DNA of 64,000 nt, taken from Dongiaceae bacterium. Its GTDB lineage: Bacteria > Pseudomonadota > Alphaproteobacteria > Dongiales > Dongiaceae. The stretch lies in NCBI GenBank assembly GCA_035699005.1, contig DASSBF010000095.1, positions 3,691 through 67,690 on the forward strand, given 5' to 3'. The notes beneath the pieces were generated by a model that saw only the letters and a list, made by a program, of their open reading frames with translations, had not been told where the DNA came from and ran no database searches. Made by a program: the position numbers and the translations under genes. The stretch's first letter is position 1, and each line of letters opens with the position of its first letter. Shown here piece after piece: positions 36,632 through 46,669 of the stretch.

Positions 36632-36832
36632 ATGCTGTATTCACTGATTATCTCGGTTTGCATGGGTGGTGCGCCGTCCGACTGCCAAGTCTATGAGCAG
36701 CCGGTCACCGAGCTATCGGCCAATCCGTCGACGGCCTTCATTCAGGCCCAGGCGCTCGTGGCCCAGTGGATGGGCAAGCATCCGGGCCTTACGGTGGACC
36801 GCTGGCGCCTGGAGCCGGGCCGCGGCGCGTAG
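36632..36832 (+). CDS. Small conserved alphaproteobacterial protein (C-x7-C ... AQ...A.W...HP....RW)
   Basis: 66-aa ORF with a hydrophobic N-terminus and the AQALVAQWMGKHPG..RW pattern. Confidence 0.65.
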   Translation: MLYSLIISVCMGGAPSDCQVYEQPVTELSANPSTAFIQAQALVAQWMGKHPGLTVDRWRLEPGRGA

Positions 36833-36853
36833 CCTCGTTCTCCGCCTCTTCCG

Positions 36854-37669
36854 CTAGTTCCGCACGGCGCGGTCGAGGTTCCTGGCTGCCGCCAAGTTGC
36901 GCGCCTGATCCTCGTCCACCAGGTTCACGAGTGTCGTGGATGCAACATCGGCCCGGTCGAAGTTGGCGCCGGCGACCGTTGCGCCGGTCAGGTCCGCGCC
37001 CGCGAGTTCCGCCAGGGTCAAATCCGCCTCGGTGAGATTGACGCCAGCCATCTTCGCGAATTTCATGCGCGCGCGTGACAGGTTGGCCCCCGACAGATCG
37101 GCACCGGCGAGGTTTGCGGAATCGAGCACCGCCCGCATCAACCCCATGGATTGGTTCTTCATGTCGGCCGAGAGATCGGCCCCCGCCAGCTTCGCGCCGG
37201 CAAGGTTCGCGCGGGTGAGGTCGGCGGTGATGCGCGCCCCGGCCAGATCGGCGCCGGCGAAGTTGGCGCCGCGCATCTGGGTGCCGAACAGCGAGGCACC
37301 CTTGAGGCTTGCATGCGACCAATCGCTGTCGAGCGCCCAGGCCTGGTCCAGGACCGCGCCGTCGAATTTCGCACCGGCGAGCTTGGCCTTGTTGAGATAG
37401 GCGCCGCGCAGATTGGCGCCGGCAAAGTCGAGCGCCGAGAGATCGAGGCCGTTCAGCCTGCGTCCCGCCAGGTCGATCGGCGGGCCAGCATCCAGCAACG
37501 CGGCGACCTCAGCCCGCGTCATCTCCGCTTCGGTGAAAGCGGGCGAGGTCAGGTTGACTCCGCTCATCATGTCCTGGGCGCTCGCGTGGCCGGGCGCGCA
37601 GGCGAGCGCGACGAGCACGAGATACGCCGCCAGCCCGGATGCGCGCTTCACTATGCCTGGTTCGTCCAT
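36854..37669 (-). CDS. Exported pentapeptide-repeat protein (PedD/PA1981-like)
   Basis: Signal peptide; many A(N/D)LxG repeats; DMKNQSMGLMR insert typical of PQQ-ADH-linked members. Confidence 0.88.
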   Translation of the reverse strand: MDEPGIVKRASGLAAYLVLVALACAPGHASAQDMMSGVNLTSPAFTEAEMTRAEVAALLDAGPPIDLAGRRLNGLDLSALDFAGANLRGAYLNKAKLAGAKFDGAVLDQAWALDSDWSHASLKGASLFGTQMRGANFAGADLAGARITADLTRANLAGAKLAGADLSADMKNQSMGLMRAVLDSANLAGADLSGANLSRARMKFAKMAGVNLTEADLTLAELAGADLTGATVAGANFDRADVASTTLVNLVDEDQARNLAAARNLDRAVRN

Positions 37670-37737
37670 TGGACCCGCCTGCAGCACGAGGCAGATTCAA
37701 GCCGCACCGCGCCGGAGTAAACGGGTGAAAGCAGAAA

Positions 37738-37753
37738 TCATCCCAAAGGCCAA
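37738..37753. promoter_or_regulatory. C1-island 7-2-7 motif, copy E (upstream of the pentapeptide-repeat gene)
   Basis: Minus strand TTGGCCT-TT-GGGATGA. Confidence 0.55.
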
Positions 37754-37920
37754 TATGTCTGGTGGCGCGCCGCAAGGCGGCCTTGCCGCGGCGAGATAGG
37801 CGTCAGGCAGGCCGCCGCACGTCGGACAGAACATGCCGCTCGGGTCGCAACCGGCCCCGCGATTGCTTCGCAGACCGTCGTCACGCAGCGGCCAGGAAGC
37901 CCCCGAACCCACGCCGACGG

Positions 37921-38025
37921 CCGCACGTGCAGGATGGCGTCCGGGCCGGCCGGCTCCGCCAACAGCACCCCGCAGGCGAGGCCCGGGTCGCCGGCCGGCG
38001 TCGGCCGAGGCCCGACGATCTCCCT
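37921..38025 (-). pseudogene. Possible decayed fragment of a MalK/UgpC C-terminal (TOBE) region
   Basis: REIVGPRP..AGDPGLACGVLLAEPAGPDAILHVR resembles G.RPE...V.VVEP.G.E..LHV; GC3-rich codons; no start codon or NBD. Confidence 0.3.
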
Positions 38026-38110
38026 CGACGCTGGGCCGGCCGTTGGCTTAGTGTTGCCGCTCCAAAATCCACGCGTCCGAAGAAGCGCGACATGGCAGAC
38101 GGGATCATTC

Positions 38111-39172
<1,062 letters not shown>

Positions 39173-39201
39173 CCGGCGGCGGTACCTCGCCAGCCGGTTA
39201 A

Positions 39202-39230
39202 TTGACAACAATAGGTCCGGTTTGCATACT
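39202..39230 (+). promoter_or_regulatory. Sigma70-type promoter for the sugar binding-protein operon
   Basis: TTGACA-17 nt-CATACT. Confidence 0.7.
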
Positions 39231-39314
39231 TCCGGCCGCGTCCTTCAAACAAGAAGTTGTGCCGCGGAGCGCGGGCTTACGACCCAAGCGCGAGCGGTTT
39301 CCAGGCCCAGCCGG

Positions 39315-39326
39315 TACAACGTTTCA
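39315..39326. promoter_or_regulatory. Possible LacI-family operator
   Basis: TACAACGTTTCA, 10/12 match to the dyad TGAAACGTTTCA, in the leader of the binding-protein gene. Confidence 0.35.
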
Positions 39327-39355
39327 TCCGCGCGGACGCCAAGGGAGGAATCCAG

Positions 39356-40993
39356 ATGAAAGTCGAACTCTACAATCTGCTTACCCGCCGGACCGCGCTG
39401 AAGGGCGGTGCGGCTGCGGCTACGCTCGGCATCGCCGGCGCTGCGGGTGTCCTGCCAAAAGCGGCGCGCGCCGATCTGCGTGCGGACCTCTTGAAGATTC
39501 CCGGCGTCAACAAGGGATCGCCGACCGACGCGGACTGGCAGAAGGTGGGCGAGATGACACTCGGCGCCACCAAGCAGAGCGTGAAGCAAGGCGAGTTCAA
39601 GGGTGTCGAGCTGACCTTCATGGGGCTCAACAACCAGAACCTCCACAACCTGCTGTTCCGCGGCTTCCTGAAACCGTGGGAGGCCTATACCGGCGCGGCC
39701 ATCAAATGGATCGACCTGGCCCAGGCCGACTACAATCCGCGCCTGCAGCAGGCGATCGCCACCGGCACGGTCGATTTCGACATCGTCGAGATGGGCGCGC
39801 CGTTCGAAGGCGACGTGTGCGGCAAGGGCCTCACCTCGGAGATGCCGGACTGGGTCAAGAAGCAGATCGACATGGACGACTATGTCGGCTACCTGAAGGC
39901 TCCGGTCGGCACCTGGAACGGCAAGACCTATCGCATCTCGATCGACGGCGACTGCCACAACTTCAACTACCGCACCGACTACTTCGCGGACAAGGATCTG
40001 GCCGCCGCCTGGAAGTCCGAGGGGCACTCCGGCGAATGGGAGGTGCCGAAGACCTGGCAGAAGGTCCAGGAAGTCACGAAATTCCTGAAGGGCAAGCAGA
40101 TGGCCGGGCAGGACGCCTATGGCTATCTGGACCCGATCAAGCCATGGGGCGGGTTCGGTTTCTATTTCCTGGGCAGCCGCGCCACCGCCTATGCCAAGCA
40201 TCCGGACGACAAGGCGTGGCTGTTCGATGCCGATACCATGAAGCCGCGCATCAACAACCCGGCCTGGGTGCGCGCGATCCAGGACGTGATCGACGCGCTG
40301 CCTTCGGAACCTGCCGACCAGCTCAATGCCGACCCGAACACGACCGGTTTCTCCCAGTTCCTGGCCGGCACCGGCTCGATGGTTTCATGGTGGGGCGACG
40401 TCGGCTCCAATGCGAAGACCAACGACAGCTCGGTGGTAGGCGACGTCTGCGGCTTCTCGATCCTGCCCGGCTCGGATGACGTATACAATTCCAAGGCCGG
40501 CAAGTGGGACAAGCTGCCGAGCGGCCCGAACTATGCCCCGAACATGGCCTATCTCGGCTGGGGCGTCTACGTGATGGCGCGCGTCGACAGCGATTCCAAG
40601 AAGCAGAAGGCGGCGTGGAGCGCCGCGGCGCATCTCGGCGGCAAGGACATCTCGCTGTGGACCGCTGCCTACCCGTCCGGTTTCCAGCCCTACCGCAACA
40701 GCCACTTCAACATCCCGGAATGGGTCGCCGCCGGCTACGACGAGGCCTTCATCAAGTCGTATCTCGATTCCGAGTCCAATTCCTACAACCATCCGAACGC
40801 GGCGATCGAGCCGCGCATCCCCGGCATCTTCCAGTACTACAGCGTGGCCGAGGACGAGCTTTCGAAGATCTGGTCCGGCGGCTCCGACGCCCAGAGCGGC
40901 GCGGACAGGATCGCCGCGGCCTGGGAAAAGATCACGGACGAGATCGGGCGCGACAACCAGATCAAGCTCTACAAGGCGGCGCTCGGCTTGTAG
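39356..40993 (+). CDS. Tat-exported sugar ABC substrate-binding protein
   Basis: LTRRTALKGG twin-arginine signal ending ARA; NYRTD, PKTW and QPYR.SH motifs; GGGAGG RBS. Confidence 0.88.
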   Translation: MKVELYNLLTRRTALKGGAAAATLGIAGAAGVLPKAARADLRADLLKIPGVNKGSPTDADWQKVGEMTLGATKQSVKQGEFKGVELTFMGLNNQNLHNLLFRGFLKPWEAYTGAAIKWIDLAQADYNPRLQQAIATGTVDFDIVEMGAPFEGDVCGKGLTSEMPDWVKKQIDMDDYVGYLKAPVGTWNGKTYRISIDGDCHNFNYRTDYFADKDLAAAWKSEGHSGEWEVPKTWQKVQEVTKFLKGKQMAGQDAYGYLDPIKPWGGFGFYFLGSRATAYAKHPDDKAWLFDADTMKPRINNPAWVRAIQDVIDALPSEPADQLNADPNTTGFSQFLAGTGSMVSWWGDVGSNAKTNDSSVVGDVCGFSILPGSDDVYNSKAGKWDKLPSGPNYAPNMAYLGWGVYVMARVDSDSKKQKAAWSAAAHLGGKDISLWTAAYPSGFQPYRNSHFNIPEWVAAGYDEAFIKSYLDSESNSYNHPNAAIEPRIPGIFQYYSVAEDELSKIWSGGSDAQSGADRIAAAWEKITDEIGRDNQIKLYKAALGL

Positions 40994-41020
40994 GCCGAAC
41001 CGAGCCGGATCATTCCATTG

Positions 41021-41058
41021 GACTGGTGGCGCCGGAAGGTGCCGCCAGTCTCTGTTTT
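41021..41058 (+). terminator. Hairpin and T-rich tail after the binding-protein gene
   Basis: GACTGGTGGCGCC-GGAA-GGTGCCGCCAGTC-TCTGTTTT; GNRA loop with G.U pairs. Confidence 0.65.
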
Positions 41059-41095
41059 GGTAGCACCGGCCTCGCCATCTCGATATCGTCGCCTC

Positions 41096-42247
41096 ATGGA
41101 TTCAACCGCCGAAAAACCGACCGCGCCGATGCCGTCCAGGGCGGCCCTCTCGGCGATCTCCTCGGCGGAGGCCGTGACCGCCGGTGTTTCGCGGACCCGG
41201 ATCGAGGACGGCAGACGCGTGATCGTCCTTGCCACGCTTGGTTTCGCGGCGGTCGTGGTGTTGCAGATCCTGTCGGAATTCGGGCCGCTGCCCTGGGTTT
41301 TCGAGAACTGGCGGCCGACCCTCTGTGCGTACATCCTGTGGGGCCTCGCACTCGGGTTCGGTCTGGTGCGGATGCGCGGAGCAGCCGGCTACAAGGCGCT
41401 GTTCGTGCTCCCTGCCGTCTTGTTCACCGTGGCGATGGTGATCTTCCCGACCTTCTTTGGCCTTTACATCGCGTTCACCGACTGGAACCTGTCTTCTCTC
41501 GAAGGCCGCCGCTTCAGCGGTCTCAGCAACCTCTATGCCCTGTTCTCCGACCCGTATTACTGGAATGCGCTCAAGAACATGGTGTTCTACGTGCTCATGG
41601 TGCTGCCGCAATATGCGATCGCCTTCGGCCTTGCCTTGCTGCTGAATGCCGACATCAGGGCGCGCAAGTTCTTCCGCGTCGCGTTCCTCCTGCCCTTCAT
41701 GCTGAGCCCGGTGGCGGTGAGCTGGATGATCGGCAAGTCGCTGATGGAATACCGCTTCGGGCCGATCTCGAAGCTGGCGCGGCACCTGGGCTGGGACAAT
41801 CCGGCCTTCTTCACCTCGCCCTGGATCGCCAAGTTCAGCATCGCGGCCATGGATGCCTGGGTCTGGATACCCTTCATCATGATCATGCTGCTGGCGGGAC
41901 TGCAGGCCCTGCCGAAGGAACTGTCGGAGGCCGCCAAGGTCGACGGCGCCAGCAAGTGGCAGGGCTTCTGGCAGATCACCTTTCCGCTCATGCTTCCGGT
42001 CAGCGTGACCGCAATCGTGCTGCGCATCATCTTCCAGCTGAAGCTGGCCGACATCGTCATCAACGTCACGTCCGGGGGACCGGGCGGCGCGACGGATACG
42101 ATCTCGTCCTTCATCTTCCGCGAATACCGGGACCGCTCGAATGTCGGCTACGGCACCATGCTGGCGGAGTTCTATCTGGTCATCATCATCGTCTTCATCA
42201 CGCTGCTGCTCAACGGGGTCAGCCGCTGGATGAGAAAGATGAACTGA
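41096..42247 (+). CDS. Sugar ABC permease (MalF/UgpA-like)
   Basis: LAGLQALP.EL.EAAKVDGA and GGPG.AT motifs; extra N-terminal TM helices. Confidence 0.93.
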   Translation: MDSTAEKPTAPMPSRAALSAISSAEAVTAGVSRTRIEDGRRVIVLATLGFAAVVVLQILSEFGPLPWVFENWRPTLCAYILWGLALGFGLVRMRGAAGYKALFVLPAVLFTVAMVIFPTFFGLYIAFTDWNLSSLEGRRFSGLSNLYALFSDPYYWNALKNMVFYVLMVLPQYAIAFGLALLLNADIRARKFFRVAFLLPFMLSPVAVSWMIGKSLMEYRFGPISKLARHLGWDNPAFFTSPWIAKFSIAAMDAWVWIPFIMIMLLAGLQALPKELSEAAKVDGASKWQGFWQITFPLMLPVSVTAIVLRIIFQLKLADIVINVTSGGPGGATDTISSFIFREYRDRSNVGYGTMLAEFYLVIIIVFITLLLNGVSRWMRKMN

Positions 42248-42250
42248 GCG

Positions 42251-43147
42251 ATGGCAACCCCCACGCACAGCCTCGGCGCACGCCACTATCCGAGCCGCAT
42301 CGTCATCTATGCGCTGCTGATCGCCTGGGCGATCATCTGCCTGTTTCCGATCTACTGGACCTTTTCGACCTCGTTCAAGGTCGCGGTCGACGTGACGCAG
42401 AGCCACATCATCCCGTGGGTCGACTACAAGCCCGACTGGAAAGGCTGGCGGTCGATCGGGCTTTCGCCGGACACGATCGGAGAGGTCTCGACTGCCCGCG
42501 AGGAATTTTTGAAGCGGTTCGAGAACAGCATCATAGCCTCGCTGAGCGCCGCGGCCCTCGCCGTCGTCATCGGGTCGTGCGCGGCCTACGGGCTCAGCCG
42601 TTTCAGCTACCGGTTCGGGCCGATGCGGAACAAGGACATCTCGTTCTTCTTTCTCTCGCAGCTCATCCTGCCGCCGGTCGTGCTCGCCATGCCGTTCCTG
42701 GTGCTCTACAAGGAGCTGGCCCTGCTCGATACGCGGATCGGCCTCATCCTGATCTATGTCCTGACGGTCCTGCCGATCGTGATCTGGATCATGCGCGACC
42801 AGTTCGACACCATTCCGCTGGAGCTGGAGCAGGCGGCCCTGGTCGACGGCTGCTCGGTATGGGGCGCGTTCCTGCGCATCGTGCTGCCGATCGCCCTGCC
42901 CGGCATGGTGGCCGCCTTCATCCTGTCCGTCATCCTGTGTTGGAACGAGTATTTCTTCGCCGCCCTGCTCACCAGCACCAGCGCCAAGACCCTGCCGGTG
43001 ATGGTGGCAAGCCAGACCGGCTCCCAGGGCATCAACTGGTGGTCGATGGCTGCCCTCTCCGCGGCGGCGATCACGCCGCTGATCGTGATCGGCATCTTCC
43101 TGGAGCGCTATATCGTGAAGGGCCTCACCGCCGGATCGGTGAAATAG
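42251..43147 (+). CDS. Sugar ABC permease (MalG/UgpE-like)
   Basis: IP.ELEQAALVDGC, WNEYFFA and GLTAGSVK motifs. Confidence 0.94.
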   Translation: MATPTHSLGARHYPSRIVIYALLIAWAIICLFPIYWTFSTSFKVAVDVTQSHIIPWVDYKPDWKGWRSIGLSPDTIGEVSTAREEFLKRFENSIIASLSAAALAVVIGSCAAYGLSRFSYRFGPMRNKDISFFFLSQLILPPVVLAMPFLVLYKELALLDTRIGLILIYVLTVLPIVIWIMRDQFDTIPLELEQAALVDGCSVWGAFLRIVLPIALPGMVAAFILSVILCWNEYFFAALLTSTSAKTLPVMVASQTGSQGINWWSMAALSAAAITPLIVIGIFLERYIVKGLTAGSVK

Positions 43148-43150
43148 GAC

Positions 43151-44644
43151 TCAGTCCAGCGCGGCCATGCTCTTGCGGGTTGCCGGATAGAGATCGCGGA
43201 ATATCCGATAGAGCCTCTCATAGCGCTCGCACAGCGCCGGGTTCGGCGTGAACGTGCTGGCGACCGGATTCCAATTTTCGATATCGGCGATCTTCGCGTC
43301 GCCAACCGCGATCGCGGCAAGGAGCGCATCGCCATAGCTGGCGCCGATGGTCTTCTGCCGCACAATCTGCGGGCGATCGGAAATGTCCGAGGTCGCCTGC
43401 GCCCATACCCGGTTCCTGGTGCCCCCGCCTACGGCATAGATGGCGGCGGGCTCCTGACCCACTTCGGCGTAGGTCTCGAAAATATGGTTGGTGCCGCAGG
43501 CGATGCCCTCCAGCAGCGCCCGGAACAGATCGCCCCGCGCGTGCGTGAGGTTGAGGCCGAAGATCACGCCTTTCGCCTGCGGGTCGTGGATCGGCGTCCG
43601 CTCGCCGGAGAAGTAGGGCAACACCACCAGGCCGTTCGCGCCGGGCGGCGATTTTTCGGCTTCTTCCGTCAGCGTGACGATCGCCGTGCTCGGATCGAGC
43701 TCGCGCGCGAACTGCTCGCGGAACCAGCGGGTGAGCGTGCCGCTGGTGGCGAGGCCGGACATCGAAGCGTGGTGCCCGGGAAACAGCCACGGCGCGTACC
43801 ACAGACGGATGTCCGTGATGCGCCTGGGCGTGATCTCGATGATGAAGATGGTTGACCCGTACATCAGCATCATGTCGCCGGGCCGGGCGACGCCGACGCT
43901 GAGCGCCTCCGCCGCCGCATCGATCGTGCCGACGATCACCGGCGTGCCGGCGGCAAGGCCGGTCTCCTCGGCCGCGCGCGGTGTTACGGTGCCGGCGATC
44001 TCCGTCGTCCAGGCCGGCTCGGGCAGACGATCAAGCTCTATGATGTCATTCGCCAGCGCGTCGCTATATGCGAGCCGATCCGGCAGATAGAGCGGGCTGG
44101 AACTCGCCGCCGAATAGTGGTCGATCACGAACCGGCCGGTGAGGCGATGCACAAGATACGAAGTCGAAGTCAGGATCTTGTGCGTTCGCGCAAAGAGATC
44201 CGGCCGGTTGCGCTTCAGCCACAGGATCTTGGGACCGACCGATTGCGACGTCAGGGCATTGCCGCAGCGCTCGATCAGCGTATCGGTGCCGATGCGTCGG
44301 CCGAGTTCCTCGATCTCCAGCGCAGCGCGCGTATCGATGCCGTAGAGCACGGCATTCATCAAGGGCGCACCATCGGCATCGACCGGCAGCATGCAAGGCC
44401 CGATGGCGCTGGCGCCGATGGCGGCGATGGAGGATGGAGGCAAGCCGCTCTCCGCCAGCATCTTGCGCGTGACGAGGACGAGATCCTCCCACCAATCTTC
44501 CTGCGGGTGGTGCTCGGCCCAGCCCGGCTGGGGCACCAGCATCCGGTGCGCCCGGGCGGCACTGGCGATGATCCGGCCGCCCTGGTCTACGATGACACCC
44601 TTGGTCTCGAAGGTCCCAATGTCGACGCCAAGATAGTGCTTCAT
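43151..44644 (-). CDS. FGGY-family carbohydrate kinase (xylulokinase-like)
   Basis: LGVDIGT, PQPGWAE, LPYFSGERTP and VGGG motifs; ATGA-coupled to the M42 gene. Confidence 0.92.
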   Translation of the reverse strand: MKHYLGVDIGTFETKGVIVDQGGRIIASAARAHRMLVPQPGWAEHHPQEDWWEDLVLVTRKMLAESGLPPSSIAAIGASAIGPCMLPVDADGAPLMNAVLYGIDTRAALEIEELGRRIGTDTLIERCGNALTSQSVGPKILWLKRNRPDLFARTHKILTSTSYLVHRLTGRFVIDHYSAASSSPLYLPDRLAYSDALANDIIELDRLPEPAWTTEIAGTVTPRAAEETGLAAGTPVIVGTIDAAAEALSVGVARPGDMMLMYGSTIFIIEITPRRITDIRLWYAPWLFPGHHASMSGLATSGTLTRWFREQFARELDPSTAIVTLTEEAEKSPPGANGLVVLPYFSGERTPIHDPQAKGVIFGLNLTHARGDLFRALLEGIACGTNHIFETYAEVGQEPAAIYAVGGGTRNRVWAQATSDISDRPQIVRQKTIGASYGDALLAAIAVGDAKIADIENWNPVASTFTPNPALCERYERLYRIFRDLYPATRKSMAALD

Positions 44645-45771
44645 TCGAGATAGCGGTCCCGGTCGAGGCTGAACCTCCGGTCGATGCGCGAGATGCCCGT
44701 AACCAGCAGGCGCGCCAGCCCTTCGAGATCGGCGAGGTCGCACACCTCCAGCGAGGAATGCGTGTAGCGCGTCGGGAACCCCAGATCGACGCAGGCGACG
44801 CCGGTGCCGGTGACCTGCACGTACGATGAATCCGTGAGCGCACCGATATGGGCGCTGCGCTGGAGCCGAATCCGTTCGGCGCGCGCGGTTTTCTCGAACA
44901 GCTCCACCAGAGCCGGATGGGGGATCGTGCCGTTGAGCGTGCCGCGGCCGTGGAAGCTGTAGAGGCTGATTCCGGGCCCGCCGCCCAGCCTGACGTCGCC
45001 CCGGGTCGCCATGTCGGGCGTGTCGGTCGCGAGGATGAGGTCGAGCTGGATCGCGATGTCCGGGTTCAGCGCCTGTGCGGCGGTCACCGCGCCGCGCAGG
45101 TTGAACTCCTCCTGCACCGAAAACACCAAGTGCAGGTTCGGCCGTTTCGTGTTGCCCTTCAAGGCACGAGCAACCTCCAGCATTACCGCGCAGCCGGCGC
45201 GGTCGTCGACCGAAGTGCCGGCGATCCGATTGCCGGCCAGCTCCACCACGTTCGGCGCATAGACAATCGGCGCGCCGACGACGATTCCGGCCGCTGCGAT
45301 CTCGGCGGTGCTGCCAAACCCGCAATCGATGTAGAGATCGGCGTACGGCAGCACCTTGTATTTCTCGTCCGGTTGGGTCGCATGGTGGCTCTTGTTGGCG
45401 ATGACACCGGGGATGGTCCTGCCCTTGCCCGCCGAGACCCGCACCGCCTGCGACGGCAAGGCCTTTTCCGGCACGCCGCCGACCCGCTCGACGCGCAGAA
45501 GGCCATTCGCCTCGATCTTGCGCACCACCAGGCCGAGCTGGTCCATGTGCGCGAACAGCATGACGGACGGTAGCGCCTTGTCGCCGGGCAGGCTCGCGAT
45601 CAGGTTCCCCATGCGGTCGCTGCGCGAGGCGATGCCAAGCTCCGACAACTGCTTTGCCAGCAAGCGGCGAACGGGGCCTTCATGACCGCTCAATCCGGAC
45701 GTCGCCATCAGCGCAGTAAGCCACGCCTTGAGCCGATCCTGCGCACCGCTCTTCGCCTCCCGCGCAGCCAT
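44641..45771 (-). CDS. M42-family metallohydrolase (SgcX/FrvX-like)
   Basis: SGHE, AHMDQLG, DDRAG, VQEE and RYTHS metal-ligand motifs. Confidence 0.9.
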   Translation of the reverse strand: MAAREAKSGAQDRLKAWLTALMATSGLSGHEGPVRRLLAKQLSELGIASRSDRMGNLIASLPGDKALPSVMLFAHMDQLGLVVRKIEANGLLRVERVGGVPEKALPSQAVRVSAGKGRTIPGVIANKSHHATQPDEKYKVLPYADLYIDCGFGSTAEIAAAGIVVGAPIVYAPNVVELAGNRIAGTSVDDRAGCAVMLEVARALKGNTKRPNLHLVFSVQEEFNLRGAVTAAQALNPDIAIQLDLILATDTPDMATRGDVRLGGGPGISLYSFHGRGTLNGTIPHPALVELFEKTARAERIRLQRSAHIGALTDSSYVQVTGTGVACVDLGFPTRYTHSSLEVCDLADLEGLARLLVTGISRIDRRFSLDRDRYLE

Positions 45772-45772
45772 T

Positions 45773-46585
45773 TCACTGCCCTCGCGCTGCGCGGGCCAGC
45801 CGCATGAATTCCTTCGCGCGCTCAGGGTCGACCGGGTTCCAGGTTGTGCCGTCGACCTTCAGCGCCGTGCCGACGATGCAGCCATCCGCCACCTGCAGCA
45901 CGTCCGCCACGGTCGCGTGCTTGACGCCGGTGTTGGCGAGCACGGGCGTGTCGGGCAGCACCTTCTTGACGCCCTCGAGCTCGGACAAGGCGGCCGCTTC
46001 GCCGGTGATGATGCCGGAAACCAGGATGGCATCGGGGATCGAGGAGAAGACCGCACTGCGTGCCCGGTCCGGCAGGCTGCGCCGGTCGAGCGACCAGGCG
46101 AACTCGGCGGAGATGTTGTCGAACAGCGCGAGATCCTCCCGCCCCAACCGGTCGCGATAGCGCATCGCGGCGCCGGCATTCGGAGTCCATGGCCCCATGT
46201 CCGAGGCATACGTGCCGGTCAATATCTCCCGCACGAAGGTGGCGCCGGTTGCCGCCGCCAGCGCGACCGAACTCATCGGATCCCAGAGCACGTTGACGCC
46301 GAACGGCACCATGATCTCGCGCTTCACCTGCCCGATGGCGTAGGCCATGGTCGCGGTCGAGGCGGCGTCGACCTTGAACTCATAGGGGCGATCATTCTCA
46401 TTGCCGAACATGATCGCATCGACGCCGGCGGCTTGCAGCGCGCGCAGATCGGTGCGCACGCCTTCGACCAACCCCTCGATACCGGCCTCGGCGTCGTAGA
46501 GCGGCGTGCCCGGCAGCGCGCCGAAATGCACCATTGCGATGACCGGCTTCTTACCGGGAAAGATCCGCGCAAATCGAGTCGTCAT
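45773..46585 (-). CDS. BtpA/SgcQ-family TIM-barrel protein
   Basis: IAMVH..ALPG.P, NENDRPY, GVNVLWD, NTGV and DG.IVGT.LK motifs. Confidence 0.92.
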   Translation of the reverse strand: MTTRFARIFPGKKPVIAMVHFGALPGTPLYDAEAGIEGLVEGVRTDLRALQAAGVDAIMFGNENDRPYEFKVDAASTATMAYAIGQVKREIMVPFGVNVLWDPMSSVALAAATGATFVREILTGTYASDMGPWTPNAGAAMRYRDRLGREDLALFDNISAEFAWSLDRRSLPDRARSAVFSSIPDAILVSGIITGEAAALSELEGVKKVLPDTPVLANTGVKHATVADVLQVADGCIVGTALKVDGTTWNPVDPERAKEFMRLARAARGQ

Positions 46586-46669
46586 GTCGGCCGGAACACT
46601 GCCTGCATGGAAAAACCTCACTGGCCAAGTTCGTAGAGCAACCACCACAGGCTCGCAAGGCTGCGGGGC

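Noticed and set aside
36854-37669. DNA repeat array or Qnr-type quinolone resistance protein
   Set aside because: The periodicity comes from pentapeptide coding repeats; the signal peptide and PQQ-cluster context fit a periplasmic PedD-like protein.
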